Shown here: positions 28,366 to 38,976 of the stretch, piece by piece
Layout: every line of letters starts with the position of its first letter
How positions within the stretch are numbered: the first letter of the stretch is position 1
The notes under the pieces: model-generated
Databases searched by the model: none
Seen by the model: the letters and a program-made list of their open reading frames with translations, nothing else
Told to the model about the DNA's origin: nothing
Made by a program: the position numbers and the translations under genes
Assembly (NCBI GenBank): GCA_963737635.1
Contig: CAVTTL010000001.1
Span: forward strand, 1,056,001 to 1,120,000
DNA length: 64,000 bases
DNA from: an uncultured Methanoregulaceae archaeon
Lineage (GTDB): Archaea; Halobacteriota; Methanomicrobia; Methanomicrobiales; Methanospirillaceae
Direction of reading: 5' to 3'

Positions 28366-29160
28366 TTAGTTTTCTGCCGCGTCTCTCATTCCGGAGACAT
28401 ATCTCTTAAGAGCAGTTTCCATGCCATCGCGATCACTGAGATGTTGTTCGACGATGTCTACGATTGCGCTCCCGACAATTACTCCGTCGGCCCCGGCCAG
28501 CTTACAAGTCGTGACCTGTTTCGGTGTCGAGATCCCAAAACCAAGCGCGAGTGGGATATCCGTATGTTTCTTTACCCGGTGAAGGAGTGCCAGAGCCTCG
28601 GGAGATATGGTCTTTCTTGCGCCTGTGACACCAAGCACCGATACGAGGTAAAGATAGCCTCGCGCCCGCTGCACTATACTGTCCAGGCGTTGATCGGAGG
28701 TCGTCTGCGTAACGAGAAAAATCGGAGCAATCCTGTGTTGTGCGGCGATCTGGATGACCTCGCTGGATTCTTCGACCGGCATATCGGCTACAAGGATGCC
28801 ATCGACACCTGCCTCGTGTGCCTCGCGGTAGAACCGGTCGATACCCCGGCGGTAGATCGTATTATAGTACGTAAGGAAGACGATAGGTACTTCGGAATAC
28901 GCCCGGATCTCCCGGACGATTGCAAAGATCGTGTCGGGTGTGGTGCCGGCGGCAAGTGCCCGGTCATCAGCGCGCTGGATGGTAGGGCCATCAGCAACCG
29001 GGTCAGAGAATGGCACCCCGAGTTCGAGAATGTCTGTCCCGCCATCGATCAGCGCCTTTGCGATCCGGATGGAGGTCTCTTTGTCCGGGTCCCCGGCCAC
29101 GGCAAAACCAATGAATTTGGTCGAACCTTTTTTCCGGAACACCTCATCGATACGCCCCAT
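28366..29160 (-). CDS. trpA: Tryptophan synthase alpha chain
   Basis: ELGVPFSDPVADGPTIQ. Confidence 0.97.
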   Translation of the reverse strand: MGRIDEVFRKKGSTKFIGFAVAGDPDKETSIRIAKALIDGGTDILELGVPFSDPVADGPTIQRADDRALAAGTTPDTIFAIVREIRAYSEVPIVFLTYYNTIYRRGIDRFYREAHEAGVDGILVADMPVEESSEVIQIAAQHRIAPIFLVTQTTSDQRLDSIVQRARGYLYLVSVLGVTGARKTISPEALALLHRVKKHTDIPLALGFGISTPKQVTTCKLAGADGVIVGSAIVDIVEQHLSDRDGMETALKRYVSGMRDAAEN

Positions 29161-30326
29161 TATGCCACCTCCGGCGCGAAACCTGCAACGTCCTTATCTC
29201 CTCTGCCCGATAGGTTGATGATTACAACATCTCCCCGATCGAACCGGTCGGCGTTTTTGAGAACATAAGCGACAGCGTGGGACGACTCAAGTGCCGGGAT
29301 AATTCCTTCTGTCCGGGATAGGTACCGGAAGGCATCCTGCACGTCCGGATCCCTGACTGCATGGTAGGAGACCCGGTGTGAGTCTTTCAGCATCGCGTGC
29401 TCAGGACCAACGCCCGGGTAATCGAGGCCAGCTGCGATACTGTGTGTGGGAAGTACCTGCCCGTCCCGGTTCTGCAACAGGTACGAGAGCGCACCGTGCA
29501 GAACGCCGGGGTCCCCGGCGCAGAGGGTTGCGGAATGCTCAGCCGTATCGAGTCCTTTGCCTGCCGCTTCGATCCCGATGAGCTCCACATCATCAGCGAG
29601 GAATGAATGGAAGATCCCGATTGCATTTGAGCCTCCGCCAACGCAGGCAACGATGGCATCCGGCATCTTTCGCTCTTTTCGCAGTACCTGCTCCCGCGCC
29701 TCACGTCCGATGATCGACTGGAAATCCCGCACGATGGTCGGGAAGGGGTGCGGGCCGACAACAGATCCGATCAGGTAATGCGTATCGTTCACATTTGCCA
29801 CCCAGTCGCGGAGCGCTTCGTTGGTGGCGTCCTTGAGCGTCTTTGTTCCTGAGCAGACCGGGTGGACCGTTGCGCCCATCAGTTCCATGCGAAAAACGTT
29901 CAGGGCCTGGCGCTTCATGTCGATCTCTCCCATGAACACGTCAACGTTAAACCCGAGCGCAGCCCCGGCAATTGCCGTTGCGACTCCGTGCTGGCCGGCG
30001 CCGGTCTCAGCGATCAGCCTTTTTTTGCCCATGCGTTTTGCAAGGAGCGCTTGGCCGAGCGTGTTATTGAGTTTGTGCGATCCGCCGTGAACAAGATCCT
30101 CGCGTTTCAGGTAGACTGCTAAACCGAGGTCCCGGGACATGTTCCTGCAGAAGGTGAGCGGCGTCGGGCGTCCTGCGTATTCCGACTGGAAACCGGTAAG
30201 TTCTTCTTCGAATACCGGGTCCCGCGCTGCATCTGCATAAGCGTCTTCAAGTTCGATAAGTGCGTTCATGAGGGTTTCCGGCACGTATTGCCCGCCGTAC
30301 TTCCCGAACCGTCCTTTTCCCTCCAT
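29160..30326 (-). CDS. trpB: Tryptophan synthase beta chain
   Basis: [35 protein letters not shown]. Confidence 0.97.
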   Translation of the reverse strand: MEGKGRFGKYGGQYVPETLMNALIELEDAYADAARDPVFEEELTGFQSEYAGRPTPLTFCRNMSRDLGLAVYLKREDLVHGGSHKLNNTLGQALLAKRMGKKRLIAETGAGQHGVATAIAGAALGFNVDVFMGEIDMKRQALNVFRMELMGATVHPVCSGTKTLKDATNEALRDWVANVNDTHYLIGSVVGPHPFPTIVRDFQSIIGREAREQVLRKERKMPDAIVACVGGGSNAIGIFHSFLADDVELIGIEAAGKGLDTAEHSATLCAGDPGVLHGALSYLLQNRDGQVLPTHSIAAGLDYPGVGPEHAMLKDSHRVSYHAVRDPDVQDAFRYLSRTEGIIPALESSHAVAYVLKNADRFDRGDVVIINLSGRGDKDVAGFAPEVA

Positions 30327-30327
30327 G

Positions 30328-30903
30328 TTAGGCCTCCCTTGCGGCGGCTATGAATGTCGCGATTTTTTTATGCTCTTTTATTCCCGGTTTTTCTTCTACA
30401 CCACTTGCAACGTCGACCGCGTAGGGCCGGATCTCCCGGATCGCGTCCCGAACATTTTCCGGGGTAAGCCCACCGGCGAGGATGACCGGCACTGCAGATT
30501 CCTTTACAACGTCCTTTGCAAACGTCCGGTCAAAATGCCGGCCGGCACCCATACTCTCATCAATAACAACGGCATCGCAACTCTTGGGGATTGCATCTCC
30601 ACGGCCAATCACCCGGAGCACCCGGACTCCTGGCTTATCTGGGAAGGCAAACAGGTGCGAGATCTGGATCGCGTCCGGCGGAAGGGTGAGGATACGTTCC
30701 AGATCTGTTTCTGACTGCGTGTGCGTAACGATGATCCGGGTTACAAAGGGTCCGAGGCAACCGAATATTTCACGTGCCTTGGACTCATGTACCGAGCGCG
30801 GCGAAGACGGCGAGAACATAACGACTCCGATTGCATCGGCGCCGGCCTTTTCCGCGAATTGGGCATCTTCGATGCGGGTTATCCCGCAGATCTTTACGCG
30901 CAT
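30328..30903 (-). CDS. trpF: Phosphoribosylanthranilate isomerase
   Basis: [25 protein letters not shown]. Confidence 0.95.
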   Translation of the reverse strand: MRVKICGITRIEDAQFAEKAGADAIGVVMFSPSSPRSVHESKAREIFGCLGPFVTRIIVTHTQSETDLERILTLPPDAIQISHLFAFPDKPGVRVLRVIGRGDAIPKSCDAVVIDESMGAGRHFDRTFAKDVVKESAVPVILAGGLTPENVRDAIREIRPYAVDVASGVEEKPGIKEHKKIATFIAAAREA

Positions 30904-31649
30904 ACGAATTCCTCCAGTTTTTTTCTAGGGTGAGCATGGGCCATGATCGAGGATCCAATCAGGAACGCATCGCAGTACGGCCTTATTTCCCGGACGTCGT
31001 CTGCCGATCTCATGCCGCTCTCCGATACGACGAGCCGGTTTTTCTCCCGGATCTTTGATGAAAGGTTCCGTGTTGTCGACCGGTCGATAATCATGGTAGA
31101 AAGATCCCGGTTGTTAATCCCGATCAGCTGTGCTTCTGTTGCAAGGGCGCAGCCGATCTCCTCCGCGGTGTGGACTTCCACGAGCGGTTCGAGGCCTGCA
31201 TCGTACACGGCATCGACAAAATCCGGGAGCCTGTCGGAAAGTACGGCCGCAATGAGGAGTACCGCGTCAGCCCCCAGTGCTTTTGTCTCAGAGATCTGCC
31301 GCAGGTCGATGACAAAATCCTTCCGGAGCACCGGTACACAGACTGCCTTTTTGACCAGGGCGATATCGGCCCCCGAACCGCCAAAGAAGAACGGCTCGGT
31401 GAGGACGGAGATCCCGACACAGCCGCCGTCTGCAAGCACGCCAGCCATCATCGCCATGTCCACGTTCCGGCGAATCGTCCCACCTGATGGTGAGGTACAC
31501 TTTATTTCGGCGATCACCGGGTTCTTCTTTTCCGCGAAACGGATTGCTGCTTCAAGACTTACATGGCCGAACCTTTCCGGCTCCGGGAAAGAATCAGGTA
31601 GTTTCTCCACCCGCTTTTTGGTGCGGCAGATAATTTCGTCAAGGATCAT
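30894..31649 (-). CDS. trpC: Indole-3-glycerol phosphate synthase
   Basis: [25 protein letters not shown]. Confidence 0.95.
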   Translation of the reverse strand: MILDEIICRTKKRVEKLPDSFPEPERFGHVSLEAAIRFAEKKNPVIAEIKCTSPSGGTIRRNVDMAMMAGVLADGGCVGISVLTEPFFFGGSGADIALVKKAVCVPVLRKDFVIDLRQISETKALGADAVLLIAAVLSDRLPDFVDAVYDAGLEPLVEVHTAEEIGCALATEAQLIGINNRDLSTMIIDRSTTRNLSSKIREKNRLVVSESGMRSADDVREIRPYCDAFLIGSSIMAHAHPRKKLEEFVCA

Positions 31650-32665
31650 GATGCGCTCCGCGTCGCATGGATAAGTTCATCCAGTTTTTTCTGTGCATGT
31701 CCCGCGTCAATTGAGGCCGCAGCTTGCCGGATACCCTCCGCAAGAGTTGCGGCCCGGCCACCAATATAGATTGCAGCCCCGGCGTTCATGAGCACGATAT
31801 CGCGTGCAGGACCTTTTTTCCCGGCAAGAATCGTGCGGATGATGCCTGCATTCTCTTCCGGGCCATCGCCGAGAAGATCAGCCGGCGCGCCCCGGGTAAA
31901 ACCAAACATTTCCGGGGAAATGATGTATTTTGTGATCCGGCCGTCACCGAGCTCTGTCACATCCGTCTCTCCTGTGATCGTGATTTCGTCAAGTCCACTG
32001 CCGTGCACGACCATCGCCCGGGAGACCCCCAGAATACGCAAAACCTCAGCGACCGTCCCGGTGAGGTCTTTTGTATAGACGCCCAGCACCTGCGCGTTTG
32101 CTCCTGCAGGGTTTGCAAGTGGACCAAGGAGGTTAAAAACAGTCCGGCAGCCAATATCCTGCCGGGCTTTCATCACGTGTTTCATGGCCGGGTGGTGGTT
32201 GGGGGCAAAGAGAAAACAGATCCCGATATCCTGTACTATGTCCGCCTGCCGGCCCGGATTTACTCCAATAGTGACGCCAAGAGCGGAGAGTACATCTGCC
32301 GATCCGCACCGGCTGCTTACGCCCCGGTTGCCGTGTTTGACGACCGGAACGCCGGCCCCTGCGGCAACAAAAGCGGCGGCAGTACTGATATTGAAGGTCT
32401 GTGCCCCGTCACCTCCTGTGCCACAGGTATCGACCAGCGTCCCGGGAACCCGCGGCTTTATGCTGATCGCATGGTTCCGCATGACGCGGGCAAATGCTGC
32501 GATTTCTTCCGGTGTCTCGCCTTTCACGCGGAGTGCTGTCAGGAACCCTCCGATCTGGGCCGGCGTTGCCTTCCCTTCCATGATCTCATTCATGACTTTG
32601 GCCGCTTCGCCGGGTACAAGGTCCCGCCCTTCCACGACCGCTGCGATGGCATCCTTCATGATCAT
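31646..32665 (-). CDS. trpD: Anthranilate phosphoribosyltransferase
   Basis: [19 protein letters not shown]. Confidence 0.96.
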   Translation of the reverse strand: MIMKDAIAAVVEGRDLVPGEAAKVMNEIMEGKATPAQIGGFLTALRVKGETPEEIAAFARVMRNHAISIKPRVPGTLVDTCGTGGDGAQTFNISTAAAFVAAGAGVPVVKHGNRGVSSRCGSADVLSALGVTIGVNPGRQADIVQDIGICFLFAPNHHPAMKHVMKARQDIGCRTVFNLLGPLANPAGANAQVLGVYTKDLTGTVAEVLRILGVSRAMVVHGSGLDEITITGETDVTELGDGRITKYIISPEMFGFTRGAPADLLGDGPEENAGIIRTILAGKKGPARDIVLMNAGAAIYIGGRAATLAEGIRQAAASIDAGHAQKKLDELIHATRSAS

Positions 32666-33255
32666 GCAGTCTCCTTCCGTTGTCCGAAGAGGAAATTTCT
32701 CATAAGCGCATCGCCATTGTGTGACAGGATGCTCTCCGGGTGGAACTGCACGCCTTCGATGGGAAATTTCGTATGCCGCACTCCCATGACAAAACCGTCA
32801 TCAAGGCTTTCTGCGACGACTTCCAGTTCAGGAGGAAGCGTCTCCTTTTGCGCGACAAGGGAATGGTAGCGGGTGGCGGTAAACGGTGTCGGCAGGCCAG
32901 CATATACCCCCTTGCTGTCGTTTTTTATCTCAGAGGTCATCCCGTGCATCAGGTGCCCCGACCGGACGACCCGGCCGCCAAAAGCGGTGCAGATGGCTTG
33001 GTGCCCGAGGCAAACACCGAGAGTCGGGACGGTTTTACTCATCGTATTGAGGACTTCAAGGCAGACACCGGAGTCTTCCGGTGTGCCGGGCCCGGGCGAG
33101 AGAATGATCCGGTCGCAGCAGGTCTTTTCAAGCTTCGAAAGAGGTGTGTCGCAGGTAAACACTACGGGCCGGGCGCCGAGCTTTCCCACCTGCTGGTACA
33201 GGTTGAACGTGAAACTATCGTAACAGTCAACGATGAGTACGGTTGGGATATTCAT
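32662..33255 (-). CDS. trpG: Anthranilate synthase component II
   Basis: [29 protein letters not shown]; start ATG 33255. Confidence 0.95.
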   Translation of the reverse strand: MNIPTVLIVDCYDSFTFNLYQQVGKLGARPVVFTCDTPLSKLEKTCCDRIILSPGPGTPEDSGVCLEVLNTMSKTVPTLGVCLGHQAICTAFGGRVVRSGHLMHGMTSEIKNDSKGVYAGLPTPFTATRYHSLVAQKETLPPELEVVAESLDDGFVMGVRHTKFPIEGVQFHPESILSHNGDALMRNFLFGQRKETA

Positions 33256-34778
33256 GGTACTACCCCGGACTGTTCGATTGCCCTCATCATCGCGGCAGCC
33301 TTGTTCTCGGTCTCGGTCCACTCGTTCTCCGGCACCGAGTCAGCGACGATCCCGGCACCAGCCTGGATGTACGCCCGTGCGTTTTTGACACTCACAGTAC
33401 GGATCGCGATGGCAAACTCGAGGTTCCGGTCAAAGCCAATATAGCCAACGGCACCGGCGTAGATCCCCCGTGCGTCCGGTTCGGTCTCGCTGATGATCTG
33501 CAGGGCCCGGATCTTCGGTGCACCCGAGACCGTTCCTGCCGGGAAGCAGGATTTGAGCGCATCGTAGCAGTCGAGGTGATCCATGAGCATACCGTGCACG
33601 GTCGAGACCATGTGCTGGACATGAGAGAACTTTTCTATACCCATGAATTCGGTGACATCGACCGACCCGAACTTGCAGACCCTGCCGATATCATTTCGTG
33701 CGAGATCGACAAGCATCGTGTGCTCGGCCCGCTCTTTTTTGTCGACCAGCAGTTCCTGTGCAAGCCGTTTGTCTTCGCTGCTGTCGAGGCCTCGGGGCCG
33801 GGTGCCGGCAATAGGGACGGTCGTCACTCGTCGTTTCTCCACCCGCACGAGCATCTCCGGGCTCGCTCCAATTACCTGCTCGTCCCCGAAATCAAGGTAG
33901 TACATGTATGGGCTCGGGTTAATCTTCCGCAAGGCAGCATAAATCGGGAACGGGTCTGAAGCCACCGCACACTCCATTCTTCGCGAAAGCACAGCCTGGA
34001 AGATGTCACCGGCCACGATATGGTCTTTTATCCCATTGACCGCTTGCATGAACGCTTCGCGGCCGGTGTTGTCCGTAACCCCGGGAGGTTTTCTGGCATT
34101 TTTATTTGTTTTTTGCGACGGTGTTTCCGGCGCTGCCGATGCGCCAGCAATAGATGCAATCCGGCCGGCAAGTTCAGCGATATGAGCGGTACAGCGCTGG
34201 TATTCAGCCGTCGGATCGGTATCGTAGGTCAGAAACGGGCTGGAGAAGACAAAAAGCCTGCGATCCCGGTGATCGAAGACAATACAGTCTTTGGTTAGCA
34301 TGAAACGGGCATCGGGAGTCACCTGCGGGGAATGATTCCGGTGATCCGGTACCCGGTCGAAGAGCGCATGAACGATATCGTAGGAGAAGTACCCGACCAT
34401 TCCTCCGAAGAACCGCGGGGCCCTGAGATTGACATAATGGAACCGTGAAAGGATAGACCGGATCCGGTCGACCGGGTTTGATCCTTCAGGTTCGCGGGCA
34501 ATAGCGACAAACGCATCGCTTCCTGTGACAGATATGTCTTGGCCGAGGGTAATTACGCATGCAGGATCGAGCCCGACGTAAGAGTAACGGGCGATCTTTT
34601 CGCTTCCCTCCATGGATTCAAGAAGGAATCCGGTGCCTGTCCGGGTTTTCAAAAATACCTCAAGAGGCGAGCACTGCGGAAACGGGAGTTCGGCGCAGAG
34701 AGGGATCACCAGCGGCTTCGGCTGGTCGGTTACTGCAGTAAGGTATTCCTCTAGTCCGAGGTTAAGTTTAGTTTGCAT
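33252..34778 (-). CDS. trpE: Anthranilate synthase component I
   Basis: LLES, NPSPYMY, PIAGTRPRG, EHTMLVDLARND. Confidence 0.96.
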   Translation of the reverse strand: MQTKLNLGLEEYLTAVTDQPKPLVIPLCAELPFPQCSPLEVFLKTRTGTGFLLESMEGSEKIARYSYVGLDPACVITLGQDISVTGSDAFVAIAREPEGSNPVDRIRSILSRFHYVNLRAPRFFGGMVGYFSYDIVHALFDRVPDHRNHSPQVTPDARFMLTKDCIVFDHRDRRLFVFSSPFLTYDTDPTAEYQRCTAHIAELAGRIASIAGASAAPETPSQKTNKNARKPPGVTDNTGREAFMQAVNGIKDHIVAGDIFQAVLSRRMECAVASDPFPIYAALRKINPSPYMYYLDFGDEQVIGASPEMLVRVEKRRVTTVPIAGTRPRGLDSSEDKRLAQELLVDKKERAEHTMLVDLARNDIGRVCKFGSVDVTEFMGIEKFSHVQHMVSTVHGMLMDHLDCYDALKSCFPAGTVSGAPKIRALQIISETEPDARGIYAGAVGYIGFDRNLEFAIAIRTVSVKNARAYIQAGAGIVADSVPENEWTETENKAAAMMRAIEQSGVVP

Positions 34779-34802
34779 AGTATCAGTTTCTTCTCTGTTA
34801 CA

Positions 34803-34895
34803 TCACCAGCAGCCGGATTTCGCGAAGACGGCTAAGGGAGGAACGTGTAGTGTTTTCTTCCCTGTAACCGCTAAATCCGATTTCTGAAGATTCAT
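34803..34895 (-). CDS. Candidate trp leader ORF, 30 aa, ending Cys-Trp-stop
   Basis: Hand translation MNLQKSDLAVTGKKTLHVPPLAVFAKSGCW*; lies between the promoter and trpE, ending 24 nt before the trpE start. Confidence 0.45.
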   Translation of the reverse strand: MNLQKSDLAVTGKKTLHVPPLAVFAKSGCW

Positions 34896-34939
34896 AAGGA
34901 TTCTCAATTACAGATTTGATGCTTAGTTTTGGTTGTTAT

Positions 34940-34955
34940 TGTACATATTTATACA
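34940..34955. promoter_or_regulatory. Paired TRP-box-like operator overlapping the trp operon TATA box
   Basis: TGTACA-TATT-TATACA; minus strand reads TGTATAAATATGTACA. Confidence 0.6.
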
Positions 34956-35073
34956 TTGTTGTTATATTATGGCAAAAGTCACAAAAACAGCTACCCACTT
35001 TGCGTCTCGACGTATGAAAGAAGGATATTGCCGGAACCCTGACAATCGAGTAAAGAGAAGAAAAAAGGAAGAG

Positions 35074-35445
35074 TTACTCTATTTTTATGCCACGGTTACG
35101 GAGTGCTTCTGCCTTCTTCTTCGAGCATTCCTCACATCGGAACTCAGGGGCTGCATCGTTGCTTTTATCGTAATCCCCGGATCGAACCAGCCGGTACCCC
35201 CGTGCAACCCTACCACAGTCCACACAAGTAATATTCTCTTTTACCTCCCACTGCGTCGCAAACGACTGGGATGTGAAGATGAACTGGTCCACCCAGAAGA
35301 AGATCAGGCCGCCAATAATGTTTGCAATAATAGCAGCGACGAGGTACCCCATCCCTGCAAGGAGGATGCCGACACCGGCAAGGATCGGCGTACTTGCCTG
35401 CCACCGGAGCAGGTAAAGTGCATACCGCTTGAAATTGATCCGCAT
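35074..35445 (-). CDS. Small membrane protein with C-terminal Zn finger
   Basis: LYLLRWQASTP..ANIIGGLIFFWVD, then CVDC..CEEC. Confidence 0.75.
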   Translation of the reverse strand: MRINFKRYALYLLRWQASTPILAGVGILLAGMGYLVAAIIANIIGGLIFFWVDQFIFTSQSFATQWEVKENITCVDCGRVARGYRLVRSGDYDKSNDAAPEFRCEECSKKKAEALRNRGIKIE

Positions 35446-35558
35446 ACAGGAATCATTGGATCCGAGTATTAAAGGAATTGTGCAATTCCTTCGTGCAGTG
35501 GATGAGGACTATATACTCCGCCGACAAAATACTAATAATACACTTGATGTGAGTATCC

Positions 35559-36152
35559 ATGTGGCCGAATAAGCAGCACTCGCTCGGGTGGGTTTTTGTT
35601 TCGCGGATGATTGGAATCATCTGTTTCCTGATCATCGTCGTGCTGGCAAATATCCTGACATTTTATGTGACAAATCCACTTTACCATGCGGGGGTTGATT
35701 TTCTTAACCTGAATTTCTGGCTGCTGATGCTCATCGGTATCATTATTTTTGTCGGCGACATTTTCGGGGCGTTTCCCTTCCCGCTGAACCTGCCAGCCCC
35801 GATCATAAAGGCAATTGGTAGCGTCTTTATCATCGCGTTCGTGCTCCGGGTTTTCGAATGGGTAGACACGGCAACCGGGAACAACATCTACCATTTCTTC
35901 TGGCTGCTTTCCTTTGTGATCGTCCCGATTGTCTTCATAATAGTACTTCTGGCGGGGTACTATGAAATAATCTGCGAACTTTGGGCAAAAGCCAGAATCC
36001 GTGACGAATCTGAAACAGTGGTCCACGCTGCTGACTCCACTCCCTTTATCCAGTCTTCAGCACCGAAATCGTGGGATGACGTGAGTGCAGAATTACGGAT
36101 GATGCTGTACGAGATCATCCACCGGTTCAGGGAAGAGATCAGGAAACATTGA
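35559..36152 (+). CDS. Hypothetical membrane protein
   Basis: Four hydrophobic segments, FPFPLNLPAP. Confidence 0.75.
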   Translation: MWPNKQHSLGWVFVSRMIGIICFLIIVVLANILTFYVTNPLYHAGVDFLNLNFWLLMLIGIIIFVGDIFGAFPFPLNLPAPIIKAIGSVFIIAFVLRVFEWVDTATGNNIYHFFWLLSFVIVPIVFIIVLLAGYYEIICELWAKARIRDESETVVHAADSTPFIQSSAPKSWDDVSAELRMMLYEIIHRFREEIRKH

Positions 36153-36200
36153 ATCCGGTTGTAGAGTCTGGAGAATCTTGGGAATGGTATAATTATCTCT

Positions 36201-36434
36201 CTACCAATCCGGATTTTCCTCTCTGAATTTCTTTTCTTTTTCTGTGAGTTCTTCAGCGGAAAGGTGTGCAGGCATACAGATGCAGCGATGTTCGATAAAA
36301 ATGCCTTTCCTGAAGCTTCCCTGTGATTCTCCGGTGCGACAGGCGCCATATATGTCAATGTCACAGTCGTGGTAGACCTGCGGGAGATTTTTTTCACGGG
36401 CACATGCCAGCGCTTCATGCCACGATGCAGCCAT
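36201..36434 (-). CDS. Small Cys/His-rich hypothetical protein
   Basis: 77-aa ORF, YHDCD..GAC..HRCICMPAH. Confidence 0.65.
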   Translation of the reverse strand: MAASWHEALACAREKNLPQVYHDCDIDIYGACRTGESQGSFRKGIFIEHRCICMPAHLSAEELTEKEKKFREENPDW

Positions 36435-36524
36435 GATTGCACTATTGCAGGATCAGGTAATATAACCGAGTAATGAAGCACACGGTATAACCAGAATACT
36501 AAAAAAAGAACAAATTTAATGTAA

Positions 36525-36704
36525 TTAGAACCGGGGTTTCCGGTGCTTTGGCAGGCAGTCCCTGCAGTAAACCGGCCTTCCCTCTGTTGGCTTGAAAGGA
36601 ACTTCGCACTCTTTTCCACAGTCAGAACAGACTGTTTTTGTCATTTCTCTGGGACCGAAATTTCTCGGGCCACCAAATCCTTTTCTTTCCATTGTATTAC
36701 TCAT
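36525..36704 (-). CDS. CxxC-x17-CxxC domain small protein (absent from the ORF track)
   Basis: Hand translation ..PREMTKTVCSDCGKECEVPFKPTEGRPVYCRDCLPKHRKPRF*. Confidence 0.9.
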   Translation of the reverse strand: MSNTMERKGFGGPRNFGPREMTKTVCSDCGKECEVPFKPTEGRPVYCRDCLPKHRKPRF

Positions 36705-36791
36705 GCAGTTTATATCTGCACATATTCATCACACTATTCAGTATAAATACATCTGCATCGGATCACGATTTCCAGCCGATCCTACGTAATT

Positions 36792-37919
36792 TCAGGGAAT
36801 AATCTCGCAACCATTGAATTTCTCATGGGCAAAATCCGAAAGGTGGATACGATTTGATGCTATAAGGGCCCGTACGCGGGGGAGAGCATCGGTGAGCGCT
36901 TCGTGCAGGTTTTTCACGGTTCCGCATACCAGCCGACGACCAGTCTGGTTCCATGGCTGCATTATGGCAGAGTAGAGGCAGCGCCCGCCGCAGAATGTGC
37001 TGATGGAACAGGTTGTACATTCGCCACTTACCGTAATCCGGGGCAGGTGCTGCGGATCTGCATTCCTGATATGGCCGACATAATAGGTTCTCATCCCGAT
37101 CATTATCGGACACGGTGCGATGTTGCCATCAGTCATGATCGCATAATTTGCATGGCCTGCCCCACACCGAAGGAGGCTATCCCTCCCGTGCAGAAGATCT
37201 TCCATTGGATCGATGAAAGGGTACCAGCGCCTGACCCGGCTGCACTGCTCCATGTCATCGACCCAGGCATTGACAAGAGCACGGATGCCCGGATTATAAT
37301 TTTTGTCTGCCCACTCTGCAAACTGGCGGCGGGAAAGATCCCGGGAGAAGTTTGCATCCATCTGCCAGTGAATTGAAGTAAAGGAGTATTCCGGATTTTC
37401 TGCAAGGTACCGGACCGCGTCGAAAATATCGGTGTGCTCGGTTACCGTCATCCGCGCGATCAGTTCGCCGCGATAGTCGTTTGACCGGATTTTTTTTACG
37501 TTCTCCATCACCCGGGAAAAAACGCCAGCTCCCCGGTTCTCATCGGTGAGGGTTTCGCGCCCGTCAAGCGAGACAAGGATCGTCGAGAACCGGTTAACGG
37601 TCTCCGGGGCAAGCCGGTCGAGAAGGATGCCGTTTGTCTGGATCATAAACTGTTGCACCGGCGCTTCACGGACAATCCGTTCGACCAGTGCTGCCCGAAG
37701 GAGTGGTTCGCCACCATAAAAAGTGAGAGTAGGTGCGGGGTCCCGTGCAAGGAACCGGTAGAGCAGCTCGGGATCGTAACTGAGGTCAGGTGAGAGATCT
37801 GCGTCAATCTCTATCTTCCCTGTTTCGGGAGCTGCCGCGTCTTCCACCTCAAATGCCTTTGCCCGGCAGTACCGGCAGCAAAGGTTGCAGTCATCAGTAA
37901 GGATGAGATGGAAGTACAT
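36792..37919 (-). CDS. Archaeal radical SAM/SPASM protein
   Basis: CNLCCRYC, FYGGEPLL, C-terminal CGAG..PCP..CTTC..CGGRC. Confidence 0.9.
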   Translation of the reverse strand: MYFHLILTDDCNLCCRYCRAKAFEVEDAAAPETGKIEIDADLSPDLSYDPELLYRFLARDPAPTLTFYGGEPLLRAALVERIVREAPVQQFMIQTNGILLDRLAPETVNRFSTILVSLDGRETLTDENRGAGVFSRVMENVKKIRSNDYRGELIARMTVTEHTDIFDAVRYLAENPEYSFTSIHWQMDANFSRDLSRRQFAEWADKNYNPGIRALVNAWVDDMEQCSRVRRWYPFIDPMEDLLHGRDSLLRCGAGHANYAIMTDGNIAPCPIMIGMRTYYVGHIRNADPQHLPRITVSGECTTCSISTFCGGRCLYSAIMQPWNQTGRRLVCGTVKNLHEALTDALPRVRALIASNRIHLSDFAHEKFNGCEIIP

Positions 37920-38049
37920 GCAAAGATTCCTGTTATTGTGGGAAGCGAAAAACCATAAATTTGCATGCCTCCCGTGAAGAATTCGTTCTCATAAAGGGAA
38001 TCTGTATTAAACCGGTGCCTTAACCAATAGATCAGGGAGGGTGATACCA

Positions 38050-38892
38050 ATGCCAAAGCGTGAAACGGTTCCAGGATTCCGGTGGGATGCTGCTGATTAT
38101 GCACAGAGTTCCCCGGCGCAGAAACAGTGGGCGCGAGAGCTGATCCAAAAAATTAACCTGTCCGGCAGCGAGAGGGTCCTTGATATCGGTTGCGGCGATG
38201 GTACGGTGACTGCCGCGATCGCAGAATGTGTTCCCGACGGCTCTGTTCTTGGCATCGATCATTCACCTGATATGATCAGGTTTGCGTCTGGACAATTCCC
38301 CAGTGATGCGTATCCCAACCTGTCGTTTGTGGAAGGGGACGCCCAGACCCTCGGGTTTCTTGAGGAATTTGACATCATCTTTTCAAACGCCGCACTCCAC
38401 TGGGTATACGATCACGGCCCTGTCCTTTCCGGGATCGCCCGGGCGCTCAGGCACGGAGGACGCATGGTGGTTCAGATGGGGGGAAAAGGCAACGCAGCAC
38501 AGATTTTCGAGGCTCTTGATATGCTCCTTACCGATAGCACGTGGGGTCGGTATTTTGAGGGATTTTCATTCCGTTACGGTTTCTTTGCCCCTCCGGAGTA
38601 TCGGCTGTGGCTTGAAATGGCAGGTCTTGAGCCGATCTGTGTTGAGTTGATCCCGAAAGATATGATATACCCCGCCCGCGAAGGGTTTTGCCGGTGGCTC
38701 CGGACTACCTGGCTTCCGTACCTGGAGCAGGTACCTGAGGATCTTCGCCCGGAATTTGTCACGTCACTTGCTGATCAGGTTCTTGCATTGTACCCGCCGG
38801 ATCCGGATGGCGCTGTTCACGTGAAGATGATGCGGCTTGAAGTTGAGGCAAGAAAATCCTCTTCGTCGGCGGAATGCTTTCGTAACGTATAA
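38050..38892 (+). CDS. Class I SAM-dependent methyltransferase (Tam-like)
   Basis: VLDIGCGDG, FDIIFSNAALHWV. Confidence 0.9.
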   Translation: MPKRETVPGFRWDAADYAQSSPAQKQWARELIQKINLSGSERVLDIGCGDGTVTAAIAECVPDGSVLGIDHSPDMIRFASGQFPSDAYPNLSFVEGDAQTLGFLEEFDIIFSNAALHWVYDHGPVLSGIARALRHGGRMVVQMGGKGNAAQIFEALDMLLTDSTWGRYFEGFSFRYGFFAPPEYRLWLEMAGLEPICVELIPKDMIYPAREGFCRWLRTTWLPYLEQVPEDLRPEFVTSLADQVLALYPPDPDGAVHVKMMRLEVEARKSSSSAECFRNV

Positions 38893-38976
38893 ACGATCTC
38901 ACCGGCAACTCACTCTTTAATTGCCGATGAGAACTTTGGAAGCGGCGTATACCGGGGATTTAATTCAGTGGGGAAA

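Noticed and set aside
28441-33959. Long plus-strand ORFs antisense to the trp genes, and similar shadow ORFs elsewhere
   Set aside because: No motifs; expected by-products of GC-rich coding on the opposite strand
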